Shown piece by piece: positions 19,256 to 27,636 of a stretch of 64,000 bases of DNA (positions are counted from its first letter, which is position 1; each line of letters starts with the position of its first letter). Source of the stretch: an uncultured Eubacteriales bacterium (GTDB taxonomy: Bacteria > Bacillota_I > Bacilli_A > RF39 > UBA660); assembly GCA_905211265.1 (NCBI GenBank), contig CAJMAC010000007.1:905-64904 (forward strand), in the 5' to 3' direction. A model generated the notes under the pieces. The model did not search any database, was not told the origin of the DNA, and saw only the letters and a list, made by a program, of their open reading frames with translations. The position numbers and the translations under genes were made by a program.

Positions 19256-19900
19256 ATGAATAGAAAAGAAAAATTAAAATCATTAATAGAAAAAGGAAAA
19301 GAACTGCTTGATAATCATAGTGGAAAAGATAATCCAAAATTTAGTGCTTGGAATACTTCAATTATTAGATTTATGGAAAGAGAATTTGGTTCTGATAATA
19401 CTGATACTAAAAGACTAAAAAATAGATACTATTATCCGAGTGTTTTATCAATTGGTTCTGATAACAGTGAAATTATTTATAGAAAATATAAAAGCGATTT
19501 GGAAAAAACATTATCTGAATTAGAGTCAATTTATGAGGAATATGAAGATATTATTTTAGATAAAGAAATGGTGAAAAGTAATGATAATTACAATATAAAT
19601 GTTCCAAATATTACTTTAAATGTTGATAATAGTAATTATAATTCAAATGTTAATAATATTAATATTACATTTGAAAGTATTATAGAAAGTATAAATAAAG
19701 ATAATAATATATCAGAAGAAAATAAAGAAGATATTATAGATTCTGTAAATGAAATTAAGGAAATTTGCAACGATAAAGAATTATCAAAAAAAGATAAGTG
19801 GAAAAAAATTAAAATAATATTAAGTTTCTTATTAGATAAAGGTGTCGATTTTGTAATTGCGTATTTACCTCAAATAATTTTATTAATTGGAAAAATTTAA
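19256..19900 (+). CDS. Hypothetical protein with C-terminal TM helix
   Basis: Track start is 19238. The second ATG (19256) has the better GAGGTG RBS. Asn-rich middle and a hydrophobic tail. Confidence 0.45.
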   Translation: MNRKEKLKSLIEKGKELLDNHSGKDNPKFSAWNTSIIRFMEREFGSDNTDTKRLKNRYYYPSVLSIGSDNSEIIYRKYKSDLEKTLSELESIYEEYEDIILDKEMVKSNDNYNINVPNITLNVDNSNYNSNVNNINITFESIIESINKDNNISEENKEDIIDSVNEIKEICNDKELSKKDKWKKIKIILSFLLDKGVDFVIAYLPQIILLIGKI

Positions 19901-20039
19901 GATATGTAATTGATAAAAGTATCTTGAAGAATTCGTTGATTAATTTCAAAAATAAAATAAAAAAACACAACAAAATATTAACAGCAAACTAGAAGAAATA
20001 ATATGTAAAATTACAAAATTCAAAAAGAGGTGTGATTGA

Positions 20040-20567
20040 ATGAACGATAAAACTTTAGCTAGTGTAGTAAAAGAAGCTAGAGAGAAAATTAATATATCCC
20101 AAAGAGAATTATCAAGAATAACTGGTATAGATAATAATACGATTGCTAAAATTGAAAAAGGCGAAAGAAAGAAGCCTAATGTATTATCTTTAAAAAAGTT
20201 AAGTTCAGTATTAAATCTTTCTTTAGAGATGCTAATGGAGTTATGTGCGTATAGTAAGGAAGAAATAGATTCAACGGTGAATAATTCTTATAGCAGTATG
20301 GTTATTAAACCTGAAAATGCTCCAATTCTTGTACTTGATGATATAGTTAATCAAATGCAAGATGAACTATATATGAAAATGGTTATTAAAGAATTATTAG
20401 ATAACTGTGATTTAGAAGAGTTAAATTTTATTTCTGAATTAAATAAAAAGGACAAAAATAGAGTTATCAAAGTAATTAAAAATTATGTTAAAGATAATGA
20501 AAAAGAAATAAAAAAACAAAAACAATCTCTTGATGATTTAAAAAAATTACTTACTGAAGAAGAATGA
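20040..20567 (+). CDS. XRE-family HTH regulator
   Basis: ISQRELSRITGIDNNTIAKIEKGERKKPNVLSLKKL is an HTH_3 motif. Paralogous to the regulator at 27106. Confidence 0.85.
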   Translation: MNDKTLASVVKEAREKINISQRELSRITGIDNNTIAKIEKGERKKPNVLSLKKLSSVLNLSLEMLMELCAYSKEEIDSTVNNSYSSMVIKPENAPILVLDDIVNQMQDELYMKMVIKELLDNCDLEELNFISELNKKDKNRVIKVIKNYVKDNEKEIKKQKQSLDDLKKLLTEEE

Positions 20568-20658
20568 TTTTTTAGTTAGTAATGACAATATGACAGGAAA
20601 TAGAGATATATGGGTATGTTGTAATAAACGCGTCATTGTTGTCATTGGGAATATAATA

Positions 20659-20722
20659 TTTGTCTAGCAAGCAATGAATTTGTACTCCCATACGAAATTC
20701 GCATGTGGGAATGCCCAAGCCC
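20659..20722 (+). repeat. Left arm of a ~65-bp inverted repeat
   Basis: TTTGTCTAGCAAGCAATGAATTTGTACTCCCATACGAAATTCGCATGTGGGAATGCCCAAGCCC. Roughly 85-90% identical by eye to the reverse complement of 23350-23415. Contains an internal palindrome CCCATACGAAATTCGCATGTGGG. Confidence 0.8.
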
Positions 20723-20817
20723 TTTAAATAGAATCTAGAAAAAAATAGAAGGAATTTTACTAGGAAAATAGTAGGAAAATACTATGATTAATTCAATTAT
20801 AATTAGAGGTGATTAAA

Positions 20818-21399
20818 ATGATAGAAATTCCAACCCCATGCAAAAATGAAGTAGAAAAATATTTGAAAAAGTGGGATTCATTAGAAAACTATGTACTACA
20901 AGAAAAAAGTTTAGATAAATTGTTTTTTATAACTTATCCAAACAACAATGAAATAGAAGATATATTAATAAAAGTTAGTTCATTAAATGACTTTTATAGT
21001 ACTAATATATTTTCTGTATTTCCTGTGGCAAAACATATATTAAATTTAGATATTGATAACAGGTTAAAAAGCAATGATGAAACTCTTGTTAATGATATTG
21101 CTAATTTAAGTATTAATGGTAAAAAGAAATTTTTTTATTCTTTTGCAACAAAATATTGTTCTCATCACAATCCTATTAATTTTCCAATTTATGATAGTTA
21201 TGTAGATAAAATTTTAAATTATTATAAAAGAAAAGATCATTTTTATGATTTTAAAAGAGATGATTTAAAAAACTATATCGTTTTCAAGAAAGTTTTGATA
21301 GCATTCAAAAAATTTTATAGCATAGATGAGTATAATTTGAAAGATATTGATAGATATCTTTGGCAATTGGGAAAAGACTATTTTCCTAATAAGTATTAA
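20818..21399 (+). CDS. Hypothetical protein (193 aa) inside the IR-flanked module
   Basis: Track start is GTG 20809. AGAGGTG precedes the ATG at 20818. The motif YSFATKYCSHHNP...FPIYDSYV is not assignable by eye. Confidence 0.5.
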   Translation: MIEIPTPCKNEVEKYLKKWDSLENYVLQEKSLDKLFFITYPNNNEIEDILIKVSSLNDFYSTNIFSVFPVAKHILNLDIDNRLKSNDETLVNDIANLSINGKKKFFYSFATKYCSHHNPINFPIYDSYVDKILNYYKRKDHFYDFKRDDLKNYIVFKKVLIAFKKFYSIDEYNLKDIDRYLWQLGKDYFPNKY

Positions 21400-21417
21400 A
21401 GTATAGGAGTTTGTCTT

Positions 21418-23253
21418 ATGAAAATAAAAAAATTATTAAGTGATAATGAAAAATTAATGAGTGAATGGGATTATGAAAAAAATAAAGATATAGATTTGTC
21501 TAAAATTACTTTTTCTAGTTCAAAAAAATTTTGGTGGAAATGTTCTGAAGGTCACAGTTATTATTCAAGTGTTGCAACTAGAAATTCTGGTAGTGGCTGT
21601 CCAATTTGCAGTGGGCATAAGGTTCTTTTGGGATATAATGATTTATTTACTGTATGTCCTAATTTAAAAAATGAATGGGATTTTAATAATAATTCTTTAA
21701 ATCCGTATGAGTTAACTGCTGGTTCGAATAAAATTGCAAATTGGATTTGCAAAAAAAATCATAGTTTTAGTATGAAAATATCTCACAGAAAAGACGGACA
21801 TGGATGTCCATTTTGTGCTGGAATTAAAATATTACAAGGTTTTAATGATTTAGAAACTTGGTGTAATCAAAATAATAATATTATATTAAAAAAATGGAAT
21901 TATAAAAGAAATAATATTTTACCATCTGAATGTTCAAGGACAAGCAAAACTAAAGTTTGGTGGAAATGTAATATATGTGGTTATGAGTATCAAAATTCTA
22001 TTTGTAACGAAGTATCTAATATTTATTGTCCACAATGTAATAAAAGGAATAAAACTTCTTTCCCGGAGCAAATAATATATTATTATTTAAAAAAAATATT
22101 TTCAGATGCAATAAATGGATATAAGGACATTGAAAATGAAATCAGTGAAATAGATATATATATTCCTTCATTAAATATTGGTATTGAATATGATGGTATT
22201 AATTGGCATAGAGGAGAACTATCATATAAAAAAGAATTAAAAAAATACGAAGCTTGTAAAAATAAAAATATTTATTTAATCAGATTTAAAGAAAAAGTTT
22301 TAGAACGAGATTTTAAGACTTGCGATGAAATACTTTTTTCTTCATATAACTATAGTATTTCTAAATTTAATGATGAAATTCAGAATTTTATTAATAGATA
22401 TAGTTCTTCGGTAAAAGTAAATGTAGAAAAAGATAGAAATGATATATATAATCAGTATTTATCAATATTAAAAAACAAATCATTAGGCAAAATGTATCCT
22501 AAAATAGCAAGTGAGTGGGATTATGATAAAAATTATCCTTTAACACCTGATATGATTCCTGCTTTTATTAATGAAAAATTTTACTTTATTTGCGAAAAAG
22601 GACATTCATATCATATTAATGTTTCTAAAAGGACTTCAAGAGGTGATTCATGCCCAATATGTTCTGGTAAAAGAGTGCTAAAGGGATATAATGATTTAGA
22701 AACTACTAATCCTGAGTTAATAGAAGAGTGGGATTATGAAAAAAACATTGTTAAGCCATATGAAATATCTAAAGGTTATGATAAAAAGGTTTGGTGGAAG
22801 TGTAATAAATGTGGTCATTCATATTGCAATAGTCCAAATTCTAGAACTTCTCAAAATGTCGGATGCAAATATTGTAAGGGTGGTGTTGCAAAAAAAGTTA
22901 TTCAATATGATAAGAATGGGAAATATATTGCGATATATGATAGTTGCTCTTCTGCTGCTAGAGTTTTAGGAGTATCAAATGGTGCGATTTCAAATGCCTG
23001 TAAGAAAAAAAGTTTATGTTTAGAATATCAATGGAGATATCAGGATAATAATAAAAATTTAAATAATATTGAAAAATATAATCCAGGTACTTACAATAAT
23101 AAAGAAGTATGTCAATATACATTAAATGGAACTTATATTAAAACCTATACTAGCATTACTATGGCTGAAAAAGAAACTGGTGCTACTAAAATTGGAATGG
23201 TTTGTGCTGGAAAAAGAAAATCATCAGGTGGTTTTATTTGGAAATATAAGTAG
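21418..23253 (+). CDS. Multi-zinc-ribbon protein with central PD-(D/E)xK (Vsr/DUF559-like) nuclease domain and C-terminal NUMOD-like HTH repeats
   Basis: - At least six repeats of EWDxxKN...WWKC..GH......R..G.GCP.C.G..VL.GYNDL (DUF4379-type treble-clef ribbons).
- Middle segment FPEQIIYYYLKK...IDIYIPSLNIGIEYDGINWH...NIYLIRFKE.
- C-terminal repeats VIQYDKNGKYIAIYDSCSSAARVLGVSNGAISNAC and VCQYTLNGTYIKTYTSITMAEKETGATKIGMVC. Confidence 0.7.
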   Translation: MKIKKLLSDNEKLMSEWDYEKNKDIDLSKITFSSSKKFWWKCSEGHSYYSSVATRNSGSGCPICSGHKVLLGYNDLFTVCPNLKNEWDFNNNSLNPYELTAGSNKIANWICKKNHSFSMKISHRKDGHGCPFCAGIKILQGFNDLETWCNQNNNIILKKWNYKRNNILPSECSRTSKTKVWWKCNICGYEYQNSICNEVSNIYCPQCNKRNKTSFPEQIIYYYLKKIFSDAINGYKDIENEISEIDIYIPSLNIGIEYDGINWHRGELSYKKELKKYEACKNKNIYLIRFKEKVLERDFKTCDEILFSSYNYSISKFNDEIQNFINRYSSSVKVNVEKDRNDIYNQYLSILKNKSLGKMYPKIASEWDYDKNYPLTPDMIPAFINEKFYFICEKGHSYHINVSKRTSRGDSCPICSGKRVLKGYNDLETTNPELIEEWDYEKNIVKPYEISKGYDKKVWWKCNKCGHSYCNSPNSRTSQNVGCKYCKGGVAKKVIQYDKNGKYIAIYDSCSSAARVLGVSNGAISNACKKKSLCLEYQWRYQDNNKNLNNIEKYNPGTYNNKEVCQYTLNGTYIKTYTSITMAEKETGATKIGMVCAGKRKSSGGFIWKYK

Positions 23254-23349
23254 ACTTGTTTGGTTTATGCTAAATTTATGATAAAACTTGATGTTATGGA
23301 AAATTTAAAATAATTATTATTCATTACTTAAATTGATTTATAAACAATA

Positions 23350-23415
23350 GGGGATTGGGATTTTCCTACATACGAATTTCGTACGGGAGTACAAATTCAG
23401 TGCTGGCTAGACAAA
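23350..23415 (-). repeat. Right arm of the ~65-bp inverted repeat
   Basis: The reverse complement reads TTTGTCTAGCCAGCACTGAATTTGTACTCCCGTACGAAATTCGTATGTAGGAAAATCCCAATCCCC. Confidence 0.8.
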
Positions 23416-23496
23416 AGTTTGCCTACCAAATGATAAATTTGATATATTGCATGATCAAATCGAAAATTTTGAAATTGTTAAAATGGAGGTGAAATA

Positions 23497-25836
23497 ATGA
23501 TAAAAATAATAGTTTTTAATAAAACACTCCTAGTATTTTTGAAATTAATGTTTGCTTTAATTTCAAAAGTTTGGTCTATATTACATATTTGTATTGACTT
23601 TATTTTATATACTGGTGATAAATACAATGAATTAGTATTGGTATTAATAGGAGGAGAATTAACTTTAATAACCTTATTTTTCGCACTAATACCTACATTA
23701 GTAGATAAAAGAAATGATCAATATTATTTAGGTTATAAAATTTCAGAAATATTTTTATATGGTAACGGTAAAAAAAGTGAACTTACAAAAACTTGGATAG
23801 GCGGAATAATATTAGCATCAATAAATATTATATTTTGTTTACTAAAATTAGATAATTTATCATTTTTTTGTTTTACTATTTTTATAATGTTTTTTACTTT
23901 CAAAATTTTAAAATATTTAAATTTTATTTCGAATGATGATGAAATAAAAAATGAAATAGAAAAAAATTTTGTTAAAGAAGTTAATAGTAATTATAGTAGT
24001 TTAATTCAAAATATGTTTGATACATCTAAAGATAGTATGAAAAATATATATGATAATATGAATTTTTTATTTAAAATTAATGAAGATTCTAGAATTTTAA
24101 ATGATTACACTAATAAGTTATTAGATATAAAAAATATTAATCAAGATTCTATTTATTTTAAAATAGGTGAGTTTATTGAAGAAAAAAAATATAATTATTA
24201 TTTTAAGTTTGATTATTCTAAATTATATAAATATTTAAGAAATTCCATAAATGATTTTAATAAAGAAGACTATTATGGATTCATTCATACTCTATTGATT
24301 AATAATTATAATTGTTATATAAATAAACAAATGGAAAATATGGATGTTCTTGTACTACCTATATTTAGTGCAATAGATGATTCAAAATTATCAGCAAATA
24401 ATAGGCAAAACTTAAAAAATAGAATTATTAATAACATGAATATTTACATAAAAAAAGAGTATAGCATTTCTGATAAAGAGTACCCATATGTATATAAATA
24501 TGAATTCTATGTGTTGAAATATATTGTTGATAATAAAGATTTAAATTTATTTAATAAATTTATTAGAAATAATGATTCAAATTATACTAATTATGGAATT
24601 ATATATGATTTATATTTAACTTGTTTTTTATATTTATATTATCTAATTGAAATTGAAACAAAAAAATATGTTTCATTAGCTGATAAAAAAATATATAAAG
24701 AAATGTATAATCAATTATGCAAAGCATTTGACATTTCTAATTTTGAATTAAATGATTATTATTATAGAAATTTTAACGCTTTTTTCAAAAATCTAAATGA
24801 AGTCACTAATTGGTGGGAAAAATTTAATCTTGAAGATCAATGGGATTTAAAGACTTGCTTAGTGGATAGTTCTATAATTCAGTGTAAGAAAGCATTATTT
24901 ATAATTTTTGGGAAAGATTTTATAGGTAAAAAATATTCTATATCAGATGAAATTGTTAACTTGTTCAAATATGATTTTGAAAACGGAATTTTAAAGATTC
25001 AGAGTAAAGAGCAATTAAAAAGTGTTTTATTATTTTTTAAATATAATATAAATGATGAGTTAGAAAAATTTGAAGAAGATTTTTTAGAATTTGTATCAAA
25101 TAATTATAAAATTGATGAATTGTCAAAAAAAATAGATATTGAAAATTTATCGAAAAAATTAAATAATGAATTATCGATAATAAAAGAAAAAATCAATAAA
25201 TTGAGTATTATAAATAATAAAAAATGTAGCAATTTTGAGGAATGTTTTTGTAATATTAATTGCAGTAAAGATTTTTTAGATAGTTTTTATGCTAATAAGA
25301 ATTTGCTTAATGATTTGAATTTAGAATCGGCCTTAGAAAAATATGCATATGAATGTATTTTAAGCAAAGTAGAAAATAAAATATATCATAGCTACAAAGA
25401 TGATAAAATTATTGTTGATACTTTAGATAAAATTAAAAGTAGATATTTTTATTTTAGACCATCAAATGATTTATTAGGCGAAAAATGGAAGTTTGGAAAT
25501 AAATATAAAAATATAATATCGAGATATGAATTAGTCGATACTAGCATTTCAAAAATAAGAATATTAGTAAAAGATTATAATTGCTCAATAGAGAATATTT
25601 CATTAGAGTTAAAAGAAGTGACTGATGATTTTATTAAAAGTAAACTAAGAAGTCATTTTATTTCAAGAAATAAGTATTGCATAAAAAATGAATTTGGATT
25701 AGAGATATTTTTTACTAAAAAGGAATTTTTAAATTACTTAAAAAATACTGAGGTATTACTTCAAATAAAGATTAAATTTGGATTAGATATTTTTGGAAAT
25801 AAAAATATAGCATTTATTAGAAAAAAGGATAGTTGA
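23497..25836 (+). CDS. Large membrane-anchored hypothetical protein (779 aa)
   Basis: About 4 N-terminal TM segments, then a ~600-aa soluble Asn/Lys-rich region without recognisable motifs. Confidence 0.5.
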   Translation: MIKIIVFNKTLLVFLKLMFALISKVWSILHICIDFILYTGDKYNELVLVLIGGELTLITLFFALIPTLVDKRNDQYYLGYKISEIFLYGNGKKSELTKTWIGGIILASINIIFCLLKLDNLSFFCFTIFIMFFTFKILKYLNFISNDDEIKNEIEKNFVKEVNSNYSSLIQNMFDTSKDSMKNIYDNMNFLFKINEDSRILNDYTNKLLDIKNINQDSIYFKIGEFIEEKKYNYYFKFDYSKLYKYLRNSINDFNKEDYYGFIHTLLINNYNCYINKQMENMDVLVLPIFSAIDDSKLSANNRQNLKNRIINNMNIYIKKEYSISDKEYPYVYKYEFYVLKYIVDNKDLNLFNKFIRNNDSNYTNYGIIYDLYLTCFLYLYYLIEIETKKYVSLADKKIYKEMYNQLCKAFDISNFELNDYYYRNFNAFFKNLNEVTNWWEKFNLEDQWDLKTCLVDSSIIQCKKALFIIFGKDFIGKKYSISDEIVNLFKYDFENGILKIQSKEQLKSVLLFFKYNINDELEKFEEDFLEFVSNNYKIDELSKKIDIENLSKKLNNELSIIKEKINKLSIINNKKCSNFEECFCNINCSKDFLDSFYANKNLLNDLNLESALEKYAYECILSKVENKIYHSYKDDKIIVDTLDKIKSRYFYFRPSNDLLGEKWKFGNKYKNIISRYELVDTSISKIRILVKDYNCSIENISLELKEVTDDFIKSKLRSHFISRNKYCIKNEFGLEIFFTKKEFLNYLKNTEVLLQIKIKFGLDIFGNKNIAFIRKKDS

Positions 25837-25840
25837 AATT

Positions 25841-26143
25841 TCAATTATCCTTTAATTGTGTGATTGTAGATATTTTTAAATTATATTTAATTCTGAGTAT
25901 TTTTTTTACCTGTGGAACTAATTTATCAATATTACATCTTACATTAAATATATCTAGTGCAGAATTAATATGATTACGAAGTGGACAATCTGATAAACAG
26001 TTTCTACTATATCCATTTGCTAAGTAAAATGCTACAGCTTCTGGTATTACAAATCTAATAAGATATTCATTATAATTATTGTAGAATGGTAATAATATTT
26101 CTTCAAATTCTTTGTCAGTAATATCTTCTTTACCTTTAATCAT
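25841..26143 (-). CDS. Hypothetical protein (100 aa)
   Basis: ATGA overlap with the upstream tnpV-like gene. No motif. Confidence 0.45.
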   Translation of the reverse strand: MIKGKEDITDKEFEEILLPFYNNYNEYLIRFVIPEAVAFYLANGYSRNCLSDCPLRNHINSALDIFNVRCNIDKLVPQVKKILRIKYNLKISTITQLKDN

Positions 26144-26502
26144 ATTTCATCTCTATAAATAATCTCTTTTAAAATTATTTCTTCAGCAATGCTTTTATAA
26201 TTATTCATTTTTTGAACCCATAATAATTGATTTTCAAGTTTTAGTTTTTCTGTAATAGAAGTATCAGATTTTATTAATTCATTAATTATATGATTTACTT
26301 TATTTTCAGCATCTATACTTACTGAAAAAAGATGTTCATTTAATTTATCTTTCATAAGTAATTCTTGATATAATACTTTTTTATTATTCTTTAAATACTC
26401 TAATCTTAATAATCCATATTTATTTAATTGTTTGTTTTCTTTTTTAGCTAGTGTTAAATTTGGTAATAAATTATCACCACATTTTGTATAAGTTATATTC
26501 AT
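26140..26502 (-). CDS. tnpV: TnpV-like transposon-associated protein
   Basis: Track start is 26550. GAAAGGA precedes the ATG at 26502. YTKCGDNLLPNLTL...KYGLLRLEYLKNNKKVLYQELLMKDKL...EEIILKEIIY matches the TnpV family pattern of clostridial mobile elements (recalled from memory). Confidence 0.6.
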   Translation of the reverse strand: MNITYTKCGDNLLPNLTLAKKENKQLNKYGLLRLEYLKNNKKVLYQELLMKDKLNEHLFSVSIDAENKVNHIINELIKSDTSITEKLKLENQLLWVQKMNNYKSIAEEIILKEIIYRDEI

Positions 26503-26554
26503 AATATTTATCCTTTCATTTCTATGAAGAATTAATAATAGTATTATCAATTTT

Positions 26555-26575
26555 AGGTACCCATTTAGGTACTCA
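26555..26575 (+). repeat. Arm-type direct repeats AGGTACCCA / AGGTACTCA (right arm of island 1)
   Basis: Copies at 26555-26563 and 26567-26575. Same orientation and 12-nt period as the left-arm copies. They lie 116-136 nt left of the right core. Confidence 0.6.
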
Positions 26576-26690
26576 AATTGTAAAATTTGATAATTATATT
26601 TAAAATATTGTAATTAGTTATAATTTATAAATGCTTATAATATAAGGCTTTTAACTAGTAATAATTTATTTTGTGTGTGATATATTTTTG

Positions 26691-26893
26691 CCCCCTGAAG
26701 GAGCCGAAAGGCTCCGCTTTTTGTTTAAATCTAGAATACATACTACTAAAACTTGTATTCTTTTTATTATGTTTACTCTAAGCCTAAGGTCTTAGAGTGT
26801 TAGATTAAGCCTTTATAAAAGTCTTAATCTAATAGCATATGTTATTATTTATGTAGAAGATAACTAAATAAATAATATTATTTCAAAAAATAA
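26691..26893 (+). repeat. Structured repeat unit A (core + terminator + three hairpins + tail)
   Basis: - CCCCCTGAA core.
- GGAGCC-GAAA-GGCTCC followed by T5.
- TAGAATACA...TGTATTCT followed by T5.
- ACTCTAAG-CCTAAGGT-CTTAGAGT.
- TTAGATTAAG...CTTAATCTAA.
- ...GTAGAAGATAACTAAATAAATAATA tail.
Near-identical to unit B. Confidence 0.85.
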
Positions 26894-27023
26894 CTGAATT
26901 AGTAAATAAAGGTACTTGATTGCTAATTTTATTATTAGCATTTCGTAACTTCTAAATTTATTGCACTATTGTTTAAACTGTTATTATAATAGCGATATAA
27001 TTGTGTAAAAAAATTTTTATATA

Positions 27024-27045
27024 TTTGTCCGAAAATGTAGACAAA
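27024..27045. promoter_or_regulatory. Palindromic operator upstream of the XRE/C-protein gene
   Basis: TTTGTC-N10-GACAAA, about 60 nt upstream of the 27106 start. Confidence 0.4.
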
Positions 27046-27105
27046 ATCTAAAAAAAGTGATAAAATTAAATCTAGAAGGAATAATTTGGAGAAAGAAGTG
27101 AAAAT

Positions 27106-27627
27106 ATGAATTCAAATGAACTTAAAAATATTATTGAGAATGCTAGAATTGTTAAAGGAATTTCTCAAAGAGAACTTGCTAAATTATCTGGAATAAGTAG
27201 AAGTACCTTAAATGATATTATTAATGGGAAAATTAAAAAAGTAGATGTTGATTCTTTAAAAAAGATAGCTGAAACTTTAGATTTATCTTTAACTAATCTT
27301 TTAAAAATTGCTGGTTATGATGAATTTTTAGATTATTTGTCTTTAGATAAATATAAAAATAAATCCACGAAGGATTTAAAAGAAATGATTGAAAAATATA
27401 AAAAGTCAGAATTAGATTTATTAGATTTTGATGCACAAAAAAGAAAAAAGGTAAAAAAAGCAAGACAACACTTGTTTTATACAATTGAGCATTTAAAAAT
27501 AATGCAAGAAAGTAAGGATAGTTTATATACAATAGATAAAACTATAGAAGATATTAAATGGTGTTTTGATGAATTAGAAGATGTGGAACAGAAATATGAT
27601 TATGATAAATTACCAAAAGATATGTAG
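27106..27627 (+). CDS. XRE-family HTH regulator, likely R-M controller (C) protein
   Basis: ISQRELAKLSGISRSTLNDIINGK is an HTH_3 motif. The gene sits immediately upstream of the endonuclease gene. Confidence 0.75.
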   Translation: MNSNELKNIIENARIVKGISQRELAKLSGISRSTLNDIINGKIKKVDVDSLKKIAETLDLSLTNLLKIAGYDEFLDYLSLDKYKNKSTKDLKEMIEKYKKSELDLLDFDAQKRKKVKKARQHLFYTIEHLKIMQESKDSLYTIDKTIEDIKWCFDELEDVEQKYDYDKLPKDM

Positions 27628-27636
27628 GAGGATTAT

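Larger units (their letters stand above)
16566..26699. mobile_element. Integrative element (island 1, ~10.1 kb) bounded by CCCCCTGAA cores
   Basis: CCCCCTGAA occurs at 16566-16574 and 26691-26699. The integrase gene is next to the left core. Tandem AGGTACCCA arm-type repeats lie inside both ends. Each core is followed by a different GC hairpin plus a TTTGTTTA tail. Confidence 0.65.

Noticed and set aside
20579-20722. Retron-like msr/msd or other RT-templated ncRNA at the structured left end of the IR module.
   Set aside because: No reverse transcriptase gene occurs anywhere in the window. The structure is mirrored at the right end, which fits terminal inverted repeats better.
22736-22969. 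77-aa plus-strand ORF inside the zinc-ribbon nuclease gene, and likewise 53180..53362 inside hsdR.
   Set aside because: Both are out-of-frame overlaps within long genes that have conserved motifs. Neither has an RBS or a motif.
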